64,000 nucleotides of DNA, taken from contig NC_043001.1 of the NCBI RefSeq assembly GCF_006345805.1, forward strand, positions 102,238,001 through 102,302,000. The letters run 5' to 3'. The position numbers and the translations under genes were made by a program. The stretch's first letter is position 1. The number at the start of each line of letters is the position of its first letter. Below the pieces are notes generated by a model, which was given only the letters and a program-made list of their open reading frames with translations, had not been told where the DNA came from and made no database searches. Shown here one piece after another: positions 63,276-64,000 of the stretch. The DNA comes from Octopus sinensis (Eukaryota).

Positions 63276-63487
63276 CTATTCTACTCTAGGCACAAGGCCC
63301 GAAATTTTTTGGGGAGGGGGCCAGTCAATTAGATTGACCCCAGTATGCAACTGGTACTTAACTTATCGACCCTGAAAGGATGAAAGGCAAAGTCGACCTC
63401 AGCAGAATTTGAACTCAGAATGTAAAGACAGATGAAATATGGCTTAGCATTTTGCCCGACGTGCTAACGTTTCTGCCACCTCACCGC
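63276..63487 (-). mobile_element. SINE family D, young copy
   Basis: Perfect 20-bp TSD CTTCTTACTAATAAAATATT at 63256-63275 and 63488-63507. Confidence 0.92.
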
Positions 63488-64000
63488 CTTCTTACTAATA
63501 AAATATTAAAACAGAGAATAACACATATATTCTAAGCACATTTTCAAAATATCTTCGTAATCTTGTGAGCAGAACCAAGGTCCAAAAACATTTCTTTAAA
63601 TAAGTCTTCGCTTTCTCTAGCAATTTCTATAAAAATCTAACACAAGGAAAAACTAGCCCATGCAAATAGCTATAAGTGACACATGGTGGGTGGGATATGA
63701 GAAGCACAATAGATAGAAAATACCAAAAGCACTGCACAAAATTAACTTCAGTCTGATTAAAATAGTGTGCAGGAGTTTTTTTCTTTTTACCTTGAGCATG
63801 ATGTGGGTGGAGCGAAACATGGGGAAGGAGCATTTGTAAAATATTATTCAATGGACAGGAATACTGAGCCATTTAGAATCACCATTTTATAGCATTAGTT
63901 CGGTTCTGTACTGAAACCACCTACTTGTAACAGTAAATCAACAGATAGTGATTAGCTTATAAATCATGGCAGTAGGGACCAAGTTGTAATGTTTAACAAA

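Overview
AT-rich, repeat-saturated eukaryotic genomic DNA. The short-interspersed-repeat families and (TA)n/(CA)n/(GAT)n/(TATG)n tracts look like those of an octopod cephalopod; this is inferred from pattern recognition, not from a database search. Only one host coding exon is recognisable: a 111-bp minus-strand exon (5650-5760) encoding the AGC-kinase C-terminal tail of Greatwall/MASTL. Nearly all ORFs in the supplied track are SINE-derived, microsatellite-derived or transposon-derived. Recognisable mobile DNA includes an R4/Dong-like and two HERO-like RLE LINEs, several RTE fragments, CR1/L2-like and Tx1-like fragments, Penelope-like (PLE) remnants, a near full-length DD34D mariner, a DD37D mariner remnant, Tigger/pogo and Chapaev3-like remnants, non-autonomous Helitrons, foldback MITEs and four SINE families (called A-D here). 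The most interesting signal is structural. There are nine minimal type-I hammerhead-ribozyme folds from about six unrelated sequence families, some with non-canonical cores. One sits in a head-to-head tRNA-head/(TAA)n/hammerhead composite. The window also has several perfect or long palindromes, including a roughly 175-bp-arm foldback just upstream of the MASTL exon. No rRNA, intact tRNA or CRISPR array was found. All alignments, counts and identities were done by eye.
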